Positions 29,660 through 40,286 of a DNA stretch of 64,000 bases are shown piece after piece (positions within the stretch are counted from its first letter, which is position 1; the number at the start of each line of letters is the position of its first letter). This stretch comes from an uncultured Acidobacteriota bacterium (GTDB lineage: Bacteria > Acidobacteriota > Terriglobia > UBA7540): contig CAWDSK010000003.1 of NCBI GenBank assembly GCA_963804995.1, positions 1,216,001 through 1,280,000 on the forward strand, written 5' to 3'. The notes under the pieces are model-generated. The model had not been told where the DNA came from, ran no database searches, and saw only the letters and a program-made list of their open reading frames with translations. The translations under genes and the position numbers were made by a program.

Positions 29660-32600
29660 TCAGAACATCAATTTCAAAGCCACCTGGCAGATGCGCGGAT
29701 TGTAGGCATTGGTCACATAGCCGAACAATCCGCTGCTGATGTTTCCCACCGGATTGGTAAACTGCGCGTGGTTGGCGAGATTGAAGGCCTCAAACCGGAA
29801 CTGCACCACCTTCGATTCCGTGATTTTGGTATCTTTCAACAGGGCGAAGTCCCAATTGTTGAGCCCAGGCCCATGGAAGAAGCGCCGGGCCGCCGTCCCC
29901 TCTTGTCCGATGGCTTCCGGGCTGAAGAGAGAGGTATTAAAGTATGCTTGTCCTGAGCGTGGATTATTGTACTGGAGATTACCAGGTGTGTAATTGGGAA
30001 CGTCGAGCGGGTTGCCGCCAAACGAGCCGATCAGCGAATTGTCATCGCTCTCCGACATCGGAACGGCGAGACCGGTGGTAAACCGGGTAATACCCGTTAC
30101 TGTCCAGCCGCTCGTGGCGCGGTGCGCTCCAAAGAAACGGCTGAACGGAAGCTCATAGCGGTAGCTCGCCACGAAGTTCTGGGTCATGTCAAAGGCGGAG
30201 AGCACCCGCTGCAAATGATTGTTGTAAGGATTGAGGTCGTCTTCGTAACTCGAACCCTCGTCGATCGATTTACTGTACGTGTACCCAGCCAGAACTTCCA
30301 AGGGTCCGCTGGTATGGCGGAGCGTAACCTCGAGGGCGTTGTAGGCTGAGGTTCCTATGGTTATAAAATACTGATTACTACTAAAGTTAGGACCAAAAGG
30401 AGCGCGGGTGCTGTTAATCACGGTTCCGCCCGCCGTCGTATACACGCCGTTTTCAGCAAAAGGCCCGCAGGTTGCGCCCCCTGGTATGACTTGACTGGCC
30501 TGGCTGACGCTCAAACACAATCCCGGATTGCCCGGGTTGGACTCCTCCGCGGTAAGCAGCGCGTGGCCCTGCGTGCCCACGTAGGAAATGCTGAGAATGC
30601 TGTCCCTACCCATCTGCCGTTGCAGGGAGAAACTATAGTCTTCAGCGTATGGCACGCGGTTCCCATGGAACCAGGTGGGCGAACCCCCGATAGGCAGGAA
30701 GTGTGACCAGTCAACGTTGTTATCGGGATTGCTGACAGAAACGTTGACGGGCGGAAGCGCGATGGGAAAACGTTGACCCTCATTAAAGCCTGTCGACCGG
30801 TCAATGAAGGGGGTGGTAAACAGCGGAGGGGTGGGGCTGGCCCAGAAGTAACCGAAAGGAGCATCACCTGAAATATTGCCTTGCGAGGCGCCTTCGAAGG
30901 CCGTGAAGAAAACCCCAAAACCCGCGCGAATACTTGTCTTGCCGGGCCCCCCCAGCACGTGGCCGAGGAATCCGCCCGAGGCGCTAGGAGAGTAGGCAAG
31001 GCCCACACGCGGGGAAAAGTCGTGATAGTGGGTCGGCGCGATGGTTTTGGGAACCCCCGGATCTTCCGGGAAGACCCACCCCATGGGTGCGCCGGGGAAC
31101 TTCTTCGATTGCTGCCCTACCTCGAGGGCCTCAAGCTCATCCCTCTTTTCATACCAGGGCATCGTGACATCCCAGCGCAGCCCGTAATTGAGCGTCAGGT
31201 TGGATTTCACGCGCCAACTGTCCTGGGCGAACACGGCGCCATAGCGCGTTTCGGTATACAACGGCTCCTGAGCTCCCTGGTCGTAATAAGCGGGAGCGCC
31301 GAGCAGAAAATCGGCAAAGTCGCTTCCCGTCTCCACCCCCGAGAATCCGAACGTGCCGTTCCGGACGCCTTGTCCCCGGATGGTGGACTGATCGAAGTGG
31401 AAAGTGCCGCCCAGCTTGAGGGTGTGCGTTCCTTTCACTTTCGAGAAGTTGTCCAGGGCTTGATAAATGTTGGCGTAATTGTGCCCCGGGTAGGCAGGCA
31501 CTCCGATAGAAAAATTATTGAAGCCGATGGGAGGAACGCCCTGAAGCTCCGGGTTTTGCACCACAATCCCCGATGTACTCGCGCCCGTGACGAATCCCAA
31601 CGAACTCAAAGTCACTCCCAGCCCGCCGCTGGGCTTATCATTGGCCAGGCTCTCCCGCATGAAATTTATGCGGGCCTCATTGACCATGGAGCCACCCAAG
31701 GTCTTGGTATCGCTGAGGTTGAACATTTGGGACCGTCCCAGGTTGATGTCGTTGAACCCTGGCACGCTCGCCGTGGCATAGGGACTGATTTGCGAGTAGT
31801 CGTCCATGAAATAGTAGCCCCCGATCGAGCCAAAGCGGCTGTTCAAGTCAATCCGGACGCCACCCTTGTCGTCCCGTATCCTTCCGTTATCCGAGGAGGT
31901 TGAGAAGTAGGCTCCATTATTTGGCACCGGGATATAGGGCAGAAGGTTCGTGGAGGGAGTGGTGAAAGCCCCGCTGGGAATGATGCCATTGGGGAATACG
32001 CATTGCGCCGTGCTGGTGCAAAGGTTGGCCTGCGCGTTGGGATCATAAAGTGAATAGGGTTCCCCGGGCTGGACGGGGTACCCGAGCTTCTGTGACAGTT
32101 GATTGGCCCAGAAGCCGCCATTGACCATGTTGGGGGTAAAGACGAGGCCTCCCGAGGCTCCGCTAATTGATCCGAAGGCGGCTGGCCCGAAGTTCCCGGC
32201 ACGGTTGTCCAGCGACGGGACCGCGACGTTGCCGGTGCTCTGGCCAAGCACCTGCCGGGTGCCCTGGTAGTCGGCAAAGATGAATAACTTATCGTGGATG
32301 ATCGGCCCGCCGATGGTGCCGCCGAACTGGTTCTGGATAAACATGCCACGGTCAGGGCTGTAGAAGTTTCGGGCGTCGAGGCTCGTGTTGCGCAGGAACT
32401 CGAAAACGTCGCCATGAAACTTGTTGGTGCCGGACTTGGTGACGGCATTGATCAGCCCGCCGCTGTAATTGCCGTATTCGGCGTCGAAGTTATTGGTCAG
32501 AATCCGGAACTCGGCAATGGAATCCAGATTGGGAATGACCGTGGTGCCCATGCTGAGGGGCTCTTCCACACTGCCGCCGTTCACCATGAAGCCGTTGGCG

Positions 32601-33199
32601 GATTCGCGTTGTCCACTCACCGAGAGGTTGCCCGCATTGAGGCTGCCTGAAACCGCGGCGCTCGAATACGTTCCGGCGTTTATCGGCACGACTCCCGGTT
32701 GCAGCGCCAGGAGGTCGGTATAACTGCGCCCGTTCAACGGAATCACCGTCATCTTGGTCTCGCCAATAACCTCGCCCATTTGCGTGCTGGTGGTTTCCAC
32801 CTGAGCTGAAACCGCCCTCACCGTCACTTGCTGCGTCTCTACTCCCAGTTCAAGTGACACGTCAACCAGGAGTGAGGTATTCACATCGATGGTCAGGCCC
32901 GTTTGTTTGTAGTCTCTGAATCCCTGCTTGCGCATCTCTAAATCATACAGGCCAACCGGCAGAGCGGGGAAAGCGTAAAAGCCTTGAGCGTCGGTGCGCA
33001 TGGTCTGCCGGAAATCAGTATTTGTGTTCACAACGGTGACGGCGACCTCAGGCACTACGGCGCCTGTGGGGTCCTTTACCGTACCCGATATGCGCCCTGT
33101 GACGCTGCCAAACGCTGCGGTGGAGACCAAGCAAATTAGAAACCCCAAAGCCGCCACCAAGCTCGACAATTTTTTCTGCCCAATGAGTACGCTTCTCAT
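29660..33199 (-). CDS. TonB-dependent receptor-like protein with carboxypeptidase regulatory-like N-domain
   Basis: GRISGTVKDPTGAVVP, PLNGRSY, DSIAEFRI, TKSGTNKFHG, C-terminal QFRFEAFNLAN...QVALKLMF. Confidence 0.92.
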   Translation of the reverse strand: MRSVLIGQKKLSSLVAALGFLICLVSTAAFGSVTGRISGTVKDPTGAVVPEVAVTVVNTNTDFRQTMRTDAQGFYAFPALPVGLYDLEMRKQGFRDYKQTGLTIDVNTSLLVDVSLELGVETQQVTVRAVSAQVETTSTQMGEVIGETKMTVIPLNGRSYTDLLALQPGVVPINAGTYSSAAVSGSLNAGNLSVSGQRESANGFMVNGGSVEEPLSMGTTVIPNLDSIAEFRILTNNFDAEYGNYSGGLINAVTKSGTNKFHGDVFEFLRNTSLDARNFYSPDRGMFIQNQFGGTIGGPIIHDKLFIFADYQGTRQVLGQSTGNVAVPSLDNRAGNFGPAAFGSISGASGGLVFTPNMVNGGFWANQLSQKLGYPVQPGEPYSLYDPNAQANLCTSTAQCVFPNGIIPSGAFTTPSTNLLPYIPVPNNGAYFSTSSDNGRIRDDKGGVRIDLNSRFGSIGGYYFMDDYSQISPYATASVPGFNDINLGRSQMFNLSDTKTLGGSMVNEARINFMRESLANDKPSGGLGVTLSSLGFVTGASTSGIVVQNPELQGVPPIGFNNFSIGVPAYPGHNYANIYQALDNFSKVKGTHTLKLGGTFHFDQSTIRGQGVRNGTFGFSGVETGSDFADFLLGAPAYYDQGAQEPLYTETRYGAVFAQDSWRVKSNLTLNYGLRWDVTMPWYEKRDELEALEVGQQSKKFPGAPMGWVFPEDPGVPKTIAPTHYHDFSPRVGLAYSPSASGGFLGHVLGGPGKTSIRAGFGVFFTAFEGASQGNISGDAPFGYFWASPTPPLFTTPFIDRSTGFNEGQRFPIALPPVNVSVSNPDNNVDWSHFLPIGGSPTWFHGNRVPYAEDYSFSLQRQMGRDSILSISYVGTQGHALLTAEESNPGNPGLCLSVSQASQVIPGGATCGPFAENGVYTTAGGTVINSTRAPFGPNFSSNQYFITIGTSAYNALEVTLRHTSGPLEVLAGYTYSKSIDEGSSYEDDLNPYNNHLQRVLSAFDMTQNFVASYRYELPFSRFFGAHRATSGWTVTGITRFTTGLAVPMSESDDNSLIGSFGGNPLDVPNYTPGNLQYNNPRSGQAYFNTSLFSPEAIGQEGTAARRFFHGPGLNNWDFALLKDTKITESKVVQFRFEAFNLANHAQFTNPVGNISSGLFGYVTNAYNPRICQVALKLMF

Positions 33200-33327
33200 A
33201 AAATGCCCCTCCACTCATCCGGAATTTTCGTTTTGCTCTTCCGCCCTGCCGGTAATCTACACCCGACCCCCTCGGGATTCAAGGCTGTCCAGCTTAGCGC
33301 GCGACCCTGCCGGCTCCGCCGCTCGCT

Positions 33328-33550
33328 GTCATGAAAATGCTCCCCTCCTCAGATGAGGAGGGGAGCGCTTTTAAGAACTCCCCTCCTGATTTAGGAGGGG
33401 TGGCGCCGTAGGCGACGGGGTGGTTACGCGAGCACCTCGGGCGACGGGGTGGTCATTCCCTCCGCCGGGCGGCCTGCCGCCAGGATCAGCACCACCCCGG
33501 CGCTCGGCGCGCCACCCCTCCTCATCTGAGGAGGGGAGCATTTTCATGAC
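33328..33550. repeat. Palindromic repeat, family B, with perfect 36-bp terminal inverted repeats
   Basis: gtcatgaaaatgctcccctcctcagatgaggagggg is exactly inverted at the far end; related copy at ~45583-45797. Confidence 0.85.
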
Positions 33551-33620
33551 AAGAGGCGGAGCCGCAGATCATTTCCCGCCCATTGGAACGTATTTTGGAC
33601 ACGCCGGGATTCAAGGACCC

Positions 33621-34937
33621 CTACCACTGCCGCTTTTCGACGCGCGGACGTTCCGCGCGGCTCATGGCTTTGACTTCGATGGCCGGGTGTTCGAGCCCGC
33701 GCAATTCCTCGATGTTTTCCAAAACTTTCAGGACGGCGTCCGCAATGTCGTCGGTATCCTTCTTCGAGCCCAGGAAGATGTGGTGCGGAAGCCATACAGA
33801 CTCTTCGTAAGCCGCGCGCTCCGCCACCGGACAGTGATAACGGGTCTTCAAATCCAGAGGCTCCTTGCGGCCCCAACTGAGCGCGGGCCATTCGGTTGTG
33901 TCCAGCGGGAACAACACGCTCTTGTAAACCGGCTCGTAGAAGAGGCCATCGCAGGGAATGCCTTCCATCTGGAGAGCGCCCAGAAACGAGGCGCGGGGAA
34001 TCCCGCCGAAGTGTTCGGGCGAATACTTAATGACGTATTGGTAGGCCGCAACGCGGGTCTGGCGCTTGTCACGCTCGAGGAAACCCAGGCCCGGGGTCCC
34101 GCGCAGGCGCTTGGCAAAGTGGTCCATGTTCGCCTGGCGGATTTTGGCTTGCTTGGGGAGGCGTTCGAGTTGCGCCGCCAGAATCACGGCCTGGAACTCG
34201 GTGACGCGGTAGTTGAAGCCCATCAGACGGTGCTCATACTTGTCCGTCGAGCTGGCCCGTCCGCAATTGACATAGGATTGCGCGCGTTCGAAGATTTCCA
34301 GGTTGCTGGTGATGACGGCGCCACCTTCGCCGGCCGTCATCAGCTTGCTGGATTGGAAGCTGAAGCAGCCCAGGTCGCCCGTCGCGCCCGCCCCCTTGTC
34401 GCGCCACTTGCCGCCGTGGGAGTGCGCACAGTCTTCGATGACCGCCAGGTGGTGGGCGGCGGCGATGCGCCCGATTTCATCGAGGTCCGCGAAGCGCATC
34501 GCCAGATGCACGGGAAGGATGGCGCGTGTCCGCTCCGTGATGGCAGCCTCAATCAGCTTCGTATCCAGGCAATAAGTGGCAGGGTCGACATCCACAAAAA
34601 CCGGAATGGCGTTGAGAAGCAGGATGGGGCTGACCGTGCCCTCCCAGGTGTAGGCCGGAACGATGACTTCGTCGCCGGGCTTGATGTTGGCGGCCTTCAG
34701 AGCGACCTCAATTGCCACGGTGCCGTTCGATACCACCAGCCCGTACTTGGCGCCATGGAAACGCGCGAACTTCTGGGCGAAAACGCCCGCCTCTTTGTTG
34801 GGGAAGGGATAGCCGCCCCAATTATGACTGGCCAGAACTTTCTGCAGACCGCGTGCTTCCTGCTGACCGTACAGAGGCCAGTCCGAGAACGGTTTCTTGC
34901 GCGCGGGCTTGCCACCGGTGATCGCGAGTTTTCCCAT
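33621..34937 (-). CDS. DegT/DnrJ/EryC1/StrS-family PLP aminotransferase
   Basis: SNGT, GDEVIVP, ILPVHL, IEDCAHSHG, FSFQSSKLMTAGEGG, GFNYR. Confidence 0.95.
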   Translation of the reverse strand: MGKLAITGGKPARKKPFSDWPLYGQQEARGLQKVLASHNWGGYPFPNKEAGVFAQKFARFHGAKYGLVVSNGTVAIEVALKAANIKPGDEVIVPAYTWEGTVSPILLLNAIPVFVDVDPATYCLDTKLIEAAITERTRAILPVHLAMRFADLDEIGRIAAAHHLAVIEDCAHSHGGKWRDKGAGATGDLGCFSFQSSKLMTAGEGGAVITSNLEIFERAQSYVNCGRASSTDKYEHRLMGFNYRVTEFQAVILAAQLERLPKQAKIRQANMDHFAKRLRGTPGLGFLERDKRQTRVAAYQYVIKYSPEHFGGIPRASFLGALQMEGIPCDGLFYEPVYKSVLFPLDTTEWPALSWGRKEPLDLKTRYHCPVAERAAYEESVWLPHHIFLGSKKDTDDIADAVLKVLENIEELRGLEHPAIEVKAMSRAERPRVEKRQW

Positions 34938-35012
34938 GAAATTTCCTCCTATTCTGTACTACTACCTCCGAGATTCTTCGTGACGCGCGAAGATTTTGTG
35001 CCACGGGCGTCC

Positions 35013-35274
35013 GAAGCTGTGAAAAAATAAACAATTTCACGCAAAGGCGCGAAGGCGCAGAGGTCTGAAAACAAAGAGGCATTTCTCTGCGTCTCAGCGT
35101 CAAAGGCACCTTGGAGTGCGGCGGCTCGAACGCCGCCTTCAATTTACGCCGAGGACGATGCCGAAGGCGGCGTCGAGCCGCCGCACTCCAAGGTGCTTCG
35201 CACATTTTCATGTACAGTGGCGAGCCGAAGGCTCATGGGTATCTGCGGTGAAAATTGCATTTTTTCACACCTTC
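35013..35274. repeat. Composite nested repeat (outer IR enclosing a family-C palindrome)
   Basis: gaagctgtgaaaaaat ... attttttcacaccttc outer IR; inner gcaccttggagtgcggcggctcga...tcgagccgccgcactccaaggtgc. Confidence 0.7.
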
Positions 35275-35319
35275 GGACGCCCGTGCCACTTCCAAATGAC
35301 ACCACTACCGGAAGGCTTG

Positions 35320-37113
35320 TTACCTGGCAACGCGCGCAATGTTGGAGTAGGCTGACTCGCCTGCGCCGTTGAGCGCGCGCACCCGATAACTGAGGGCCTG
35401 GCCGGAGGCGGCGCCGGAATCGCGATAGGATTTGGCGCTCGCCGCAAGCTTGGCAATCCGTTCCCACGCGCCGCCGTCACCCTGCCGGCGCTCGACGGCA
35501 ACATTCGTGATGCCCCCACCGTACAGTTCCCAGGAAATCTCCACAGCGCCACCGGCAGCCCGGGCCATCACCCCGCTGGGCGCCTCCGGAAGAACCGCCC
35601 AATCGAAATAATTCTCATCCGCGATGGCCAGCACGCTGTCGCGAATCGGGACGAGCTCCAAGACGTTGTTCGTACCCTTCTTCCATTCCAGGGGCTTGAT
35701 CTCTCCTGAAACGACGTCGATCAGGACGGGGTGTTCAATGCCGGTGTTCTCCAAGGTCAGACTCTCGTAGAAGGGAGTAAACACGTCCCCCGGCAGGCTG
35801 TGGGCCGCCAGCCAATAGGCGACTATCGCCTTACCGTTTTTCCCCCGGAAGCCATACGCCAGGAAGGGGAAGCCGGAATGCCGCCGCAGAGCGGGAATTC
35901 CTGTACCCTCGACCTTAATCGCCGGGTCCAGATGTGTATCCGAGAAAAGGGCATTGGTATTCTCGTAAGCACCGAACACGGGGCGCGGCGTGAAATCGTC
36001 AGGGAGATTGCGCAACCCGTGAATCAGTCCGAAATCGTCGTATTCATTTCCGTCCGTGCCCGCGGCCAGCAGCCAGACAAAGGTCTTTACCCCCGCCGCC
36101 CAGTTGTAAAGCATGCCGCGCGTGACGTACTTGGCCTGCACCGACTCATCCGAACCCGTCCAGGAGGGAATGGAATTGAATTCGTCGTCCCAGAAGGGAA
36201 TGTCCGGACGGATCCCCGGGTAGTGCCGCACCAGGTCGCGCAGTTTCGCCGGGGATTCAGTGCCGTAAGCGCCGTAGTCCATGGACTCCGGGTTCAGGTT
36301 CTGGCCGTAACCCGGATAGGTGTGGTAGGCAAACACATCGATGCCCGCCCCGCAGTCGCAAGCGTCCAGCGCGCGCTTGGCCCAGTCGCTGACGGGGTCA
36401 GCCAAGCCACCGGAAATGACCTTGGCCGCGGGATCAGTTTCGTGCACGGTCTTCACGAACGCTTTGAGCAGGCGGCCGAATTCTTCCGGATTCCCCCAGG
36501 GGTTCCAGTAGCCGATGTCCGGCTCGTTCCAGAGCGCCCAATAATGAATCCGTCCCCGGAAGTGATTCACCATGAAACGCACGTAGTTGTCGAAGGCCTC
36601 GATCTCGCCCGGGGTGCGCGGCGGCCAGAAAACCGAGTAGAGGCTGCGGTCGTCATTATGGAAGGTGCCCGGCTCAGGAGTGATGGCATCGGGCTTGTGG
36701 CCGGAGGGGGACGTATACATGGGGTTGCCGTACATCAACTGGACTTGTACGTCGACGCCATTGTTGAGCAGCGAATTCACGTAGTCGTCCAGGTTCGGAT
36801 CAACTGCATAGACGCCCCGCTTCTGCTCGATGTAGTCCCAGCTTGTGTAGTCGGAGCTGTTCTCATACTGGCCGATGCGGATCCACTTGACCCCGGCATC
36901 GAACATCCGGGTCCACCACCAGCGCTCCCAGGAGAGGTAGGGATCACGAGGCATGTCGGAGTTGATGCCAAATCCATCCGTAATCTGCGAAGAGCGCTTG
37001 GGCGGAACGCGGTCAGGAAATTGACGGTGGGTCGCTTGGGCAAGGAGGTTCGTTGCCCCCGCACACAGAAGAAGCATAAGGGTCCCAACTGCCAGGTAAC
37101 AGGGTTTGTTCAT
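35320..37113 (-). CDS. Exported clan GH-A glycoside hydrolase with C-terminal fibronectin type III domain
   Basis: Signal peptide; WALWNEPD (acid/base), AYHTYP, WDDEFNS (nucleophile-like); YRVRALNGAGESAYSN FN3 end. Confidence 0.8.
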   Translation of the reverse strand: MNKPCYLAVGTLMLLLCAGATNLLAQATHRQFPDRVPPKRSSQITDGFGINSDMPRDPYLSWERWWWTRMFDAGVKWIRIGQYENSSDYTSWDYIEQKRGVYAVDPNLDDYVNSLLNNGVDVQVQLMYGNPMYTSPSGHKPDAITPEPGTFHNDDRSLYSVFWPPRTPGEIEAFDNYVRFMVNHFRGRIHYWALWNEPDIGYWNPWGNPEEFGRLLKAFVKTVHETDPAAKVISGGLADPVSDWAKRALDACDCGAGIDVFAYHTYPGYGQNLNPESMDYGAYGTESPAKLRDLVRHYPGIRPDIPFWDDEFNSIPSWTGSDESVQAKYVTRGMLYNWAAGVKTFVWLLAAGTDGNEYDDFGLIHGLRNLPDDFTPRPVFGAYENTNALFSDTHLDPAIKVEGTGIPALRRHSGFPFLAYGFRGKNGKAIVAYWLAAHSLPGDVFTPFYESLTLENTGIEHPVLIDVVSGEIKPLEWKKGTNNVLELVPIRDSVLAIADENYFDWAVLPEAPSGVMARAAGGAVEISWELYGGGITNVAVERRQGDGGAWERIAKLAASAKSYRDSGAASGQALSYRVRALNGAGESAYSNIARVAR

Positions 37114-37178
37114 GGCGTAACCTTTTCCCGGTCGTCTGCCGCAGCGGGGTGAGCGCCACGGCCAACCGATGACCTATT

Positions 37179-38006
37179 TTATTCCTGGTTGAATCCTGTC
37201 GATTTGCGAAAGACTTCCACGTAGTGCCCATCCTTCTTCGGCTGCTTGCTGTACAATTCCTTCTCCAGCTTGGCCAAGTCGGAAGGATCCCAGTCCGGGC
37301 GGTACTTGATAATGGCGGGCTCGAACTGGCTCACGTGTTTGGACCCGGCTTCGAGCTTCAACTTCATCACCGAGTCGATGTTGACCCAGGTGTTCGCCTC
37401 CTGCGGAGTGGTGTAATAAAAGTACAACACCGGCACCAGGTAGGCATCCAGGTGCTGCTCGAGGCGCTGGTTGGGAAAATAGAGCCAGAACTCCGCGGCG
37501 CGGACGGCGTCCACGGTATTATTCGCGGCCATGCGGTGGTCGGTCTTATGCCAGCGTACGTACCATTCGCCGGGATCGGGACACAGCAGCACATCGGGGC
37601 GAATCCGCCGGATGATCGCCGTCGCCTCCTCCACGAGTTTGGGCTGGGGAGCGTATTCCAGCATGCCGTCGTCATAACCCATCCAGGAGAGGTTCGCTTG
37701 AGGGGTTCCCAGGACAGCTTCCGCAGCTTCTTCCTCTGCCTTGCGAATCCGCGCCAGCCGCTGCGAGCTCATCTCCGTGTCATAAGAGCCCTTGTCGTCG
37801 TTGGTATATAGGACGATGTACACCTTGTTGTGGTGCTGGTTGAGCAGTGCAATCGTGCCCCCCGCCCCCCACAGTTCATCGTCCGGATGGGGTGTGAAGA
37901 TCAGCACCGTCTTGCCGGTCATCGTATCCAACCCCGCCTCCTGGCCCCGCACCACGGAGGGTGCCACCCAGAATATCAGCGCCATTAGCCAAACCATGTA
38001 CTTCAT
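37179..38006 (-). CDS. PIG-L family deacetylase, exported
   Basis: PHPDDE, GGTIA, RKAEEEAA, IRPDV, HKTDH motifs; signal peptide. Confidence 0.92.
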   Translation of the reverse strand: MKYMVWLMALIFWVAPSVVRGQEAGLDTMTGKTVLIFTPHPDDELWGAGGTIALLNQHHNKVYIVLYTNDDKGSYDTEMSSQRLARIRKAEEEAAEAVLGTPQANLSWMGYDDGMLEYAPQPKLVEEATAIIRRIRPDVLLCPDPGEWYVRWHKTDHRMAANNTVDAVRAAEFWLYFPNQRLEQHLDAYLVPVLYFYYTTPQEANTWVNIDSVMKLKLEAGSKHVSQFEPAIIKYRPDWDPSDLAKLEKELYSKQPKKDGHYVEVFRKSTGFNQE

Positions 38007-38243
38007 GGGTCACCTCGTCTTCTTGAATAGCCGCCCGACGGCAAAAGATCACCTTCCGGGCGACCTGGATTTCACCTTGCGCAAAGGACCCTGCACCACC
38101 GTCACGACGGTGTGCGGACCTATTAAATCGAAACAATAAATCGAATAAAAAAAATACGCCTGCAGGGGGGTGCTGTCAAGGACAATATGTTGCTGTTGGA
38201 CGGACTCGTCAAAAATGTACACTTTCCATGTCTTATCGTCTTC

Positions 38244-38507
38244 TTACCGCAGAGACGCTGAGGCGCAGAGGGGCGGCGCCGCAACCAAACAAGAATCATA
38301 TCCCTCTCCGGGGGGAGAGGGTGGACCGCGGCCGGCGTTTTCACCAGCCGGCGCGGGACGGGTGAGGGGTCACTTTCGGGAAGTAGCACAATAATGCGTG
38401 CGAAAAAAACGAGAATTTACGGTTTTGCAATGCAGAGGAATGAAATAAACGTCCTTTTCTCTGCGCCTCAGCGCCTCGGCGGTAAGGATACTATTTCTTC
38501 ACACCTT
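38244..38507. repeat. Composite nested repeat containing a family-A half
   Basis: ttaccgcagagacgctgaggcgcagag ... ctctgcgcctcagcgcctcggcggtaa inverted pair around ggggagagggtggaccgc...gggtgagggg; ends ttcacaccttc as at 35274. Confidence 0.7.
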
Positions 38508-38700
38508 CTTGCGCCCTGGGCTACGATCTCACGCCCCTGACGGGGCTGCCGATCGGCCTCCCAGCGGACTCGCTTCATAGTATTATTGAAGGGGCGGCAG
38601 CCTTACTTTACGGATTTAATGAAACAGAGTAGATTAACTCCTGCGCCCCGGTGTTCGTGACGGCCGGACCGAACAGGCCAGCAAGGGGAGAGATAAAGCG

Positions 38701-39780
38701 ATGACGCAACCCTCAGCAGAAATCAGTGCTGCGGTTACGATTCGAGATGTCGCAAGGGAGTGCCAGTTCTCGCCCACTACGGTGTCCATGGTGCTCAATC
38801 ATGCTCCCTTGGCACGTTACATTCCGGCCACAACCAAGAAGAGCGTCATCCAAGCCGCCGAAAGGCTGGGCTATCAACCTAATCCCTTTGCGCGAGCTCT
38901 GCGCAGCGATCGCAGCCATACCATCGGCGTGATGGTGCCCGACATTGCGGATCCGTACTGCACCCAGATCCTGCGTGGGATTGAGTCCAGCCTTTCGCGC
39001 TCGAGCTACCTCCCGCTCCTGGTGGATATCCAAAACAACCGCTTGCGCTTCAAAAATTACCTGAATGCTCTGCTGGGACGGCGCGTCGATGGGCTGATCA
39101 TTCTCGCCAACTCGCTTTACTTTGAGACCGAGCTGTTGAGCGCTTTGGAAAGCCGCAAGATCCCTTCCGTTATTCTGGGCCGGCAGTCGGAGGCCAGCGC
39201 CTTGAGCTGGGTCGCCACGGACAACGATGCCGGCGCTCAGCAGGCGCTTGAGCACCTCTGTGGGCTGGGCCACCGCAAGATCGCATTTATTCGAGGGCCC
39301 AAAATGATTTCCGACAGCCGCCACCAATGGGCGGGAATCTGCTCCTTCGCTAAGGCCGCAGGCTGGGAGCTGGATCCCAGGCTCGTCGTAACCTTGCGTA
39401 ACACGTTCTCAACCTGTGAGGGCGGCTATGAATGCACCAAAGAGTTGCTCGCCCTCAAACTCCCATTCACCGCACTGGCGGCCTTCGATGATTTGACCGC
39501 TTTCGGCGCGATCCGGGCCCTCACCAGCGCGGGCCTGCGTGTGCCTGCGGATTGTTCGGTGATAGGGTTTGATGACATTCCCGCCGCCGCCTTTTACAAT
39601 CCCGCTCTGACCACCGTTCGGGAAGGTATGGAAAGCTTGGGTTCAACCGGAGCGGAAATTCTTATCGACGCCATCCGCGCCCATCGCAAGAACCAGACAT
39701 TTCGTCCTGTTCACCGCAAGGTCAAGCCGGAACTGATTGTCAGAGAGTCAACCGCTGCGCCCGCTGAGCAGCATCTATAA
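38701..39780 (+). CDS. LacI-family transcriptional regulator
   Basis: TIRDVA...SPTTVSMVLN HTH, LGYQPN, LGHRKIAFI, SVIGFDDI, PALTTV. Confidence 0.96.
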   Translation: MTQPSAEISAAVTIRDVARECQFSPTTVSMVLNHAPLARYIPATTKKSVIQAAERLGYQPNPFARALRSDRSHTIGVMVPDIADPYCTQILRGIESSLSRSSYLPLLVDIQNNRLRFKNYLNALLGRRVDGLIILANSLYFETELLSALESRKIPSVILGRQSEASALSWVATDNDAGAQQALEHLCGLGHRKIAFIRGPKMISDSRHQWAGICSFAKAAGWELDPRLVVTLRNTFSTCEGGYECTKELLALKLPFTALAAFDDLTAFGAIRALTSAGLRVPADCSVIGFDDIPAAAFYNPALTTVREGMESLGSTGAEILIDAIRAHRKNQTFRPVHRKVKPELIVRESTAAPAEQHL

Positions 39781-39956
39781 CCTTAATGGAATCAACCACC
39801 TGCTAGAGCAGATGCCGCCCCCGACGGCGCCAAACCCTCATACTAGGAGCCCGTCGGAGATAGATTTCGTTGTACGTAGAATTAATAACTTAGCGAGATT
39901 CGAGTGTCTGTAAGTTGTTGATTCTTCGTTGACGAATTATTATTTCCGACACACTC

Positions 39957-40167
39957 CTAGTGTGGTGTCCCGTGCTAGAGTTGACAATAGGTAGAACCCC
40001 CTCACCCGTCTGGCATCGGCTGATGAGAACGCCTCGGCCAGCCACCCTCTCCCCCAAAGGGGCGAGGGCAAGAGAATTAACTCTCCCCTCGCCCCTTTGG
40101 GGGAGAGGGGCTGGGGGGTGAGGGGGTCGGACAGCCTTGTCAAATATTAACCGGGACACCGCACTAG
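39957..40167. mobile_element. 211-bp MITE-like element, copy 2
   Basis: Same length and orientation as 28601-28811 with only a few substitutions; CTAG ends. Confidence 0.85.
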
Positions 40168-40286
40168 CAACGCCTGGAAACACCTCCCCCCGAGCAGCCA
40201 AGCTTAGCGCGCCTCATACAACCCTATTACAGCCTTGTAAAGCAATGAGATGCGGGCGGGGGGCTAGCGTCCATGTTTTCAACGAC

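Noticed and set aside
33420..35030. Long antisense ORFs (536 aa here; also 35731-37152, 9910-11250, 55594-56907, 25818-26927)
   Set aside because: Shadows of well-supported opposite-strand genes in GC-rich DNA, with no motifs
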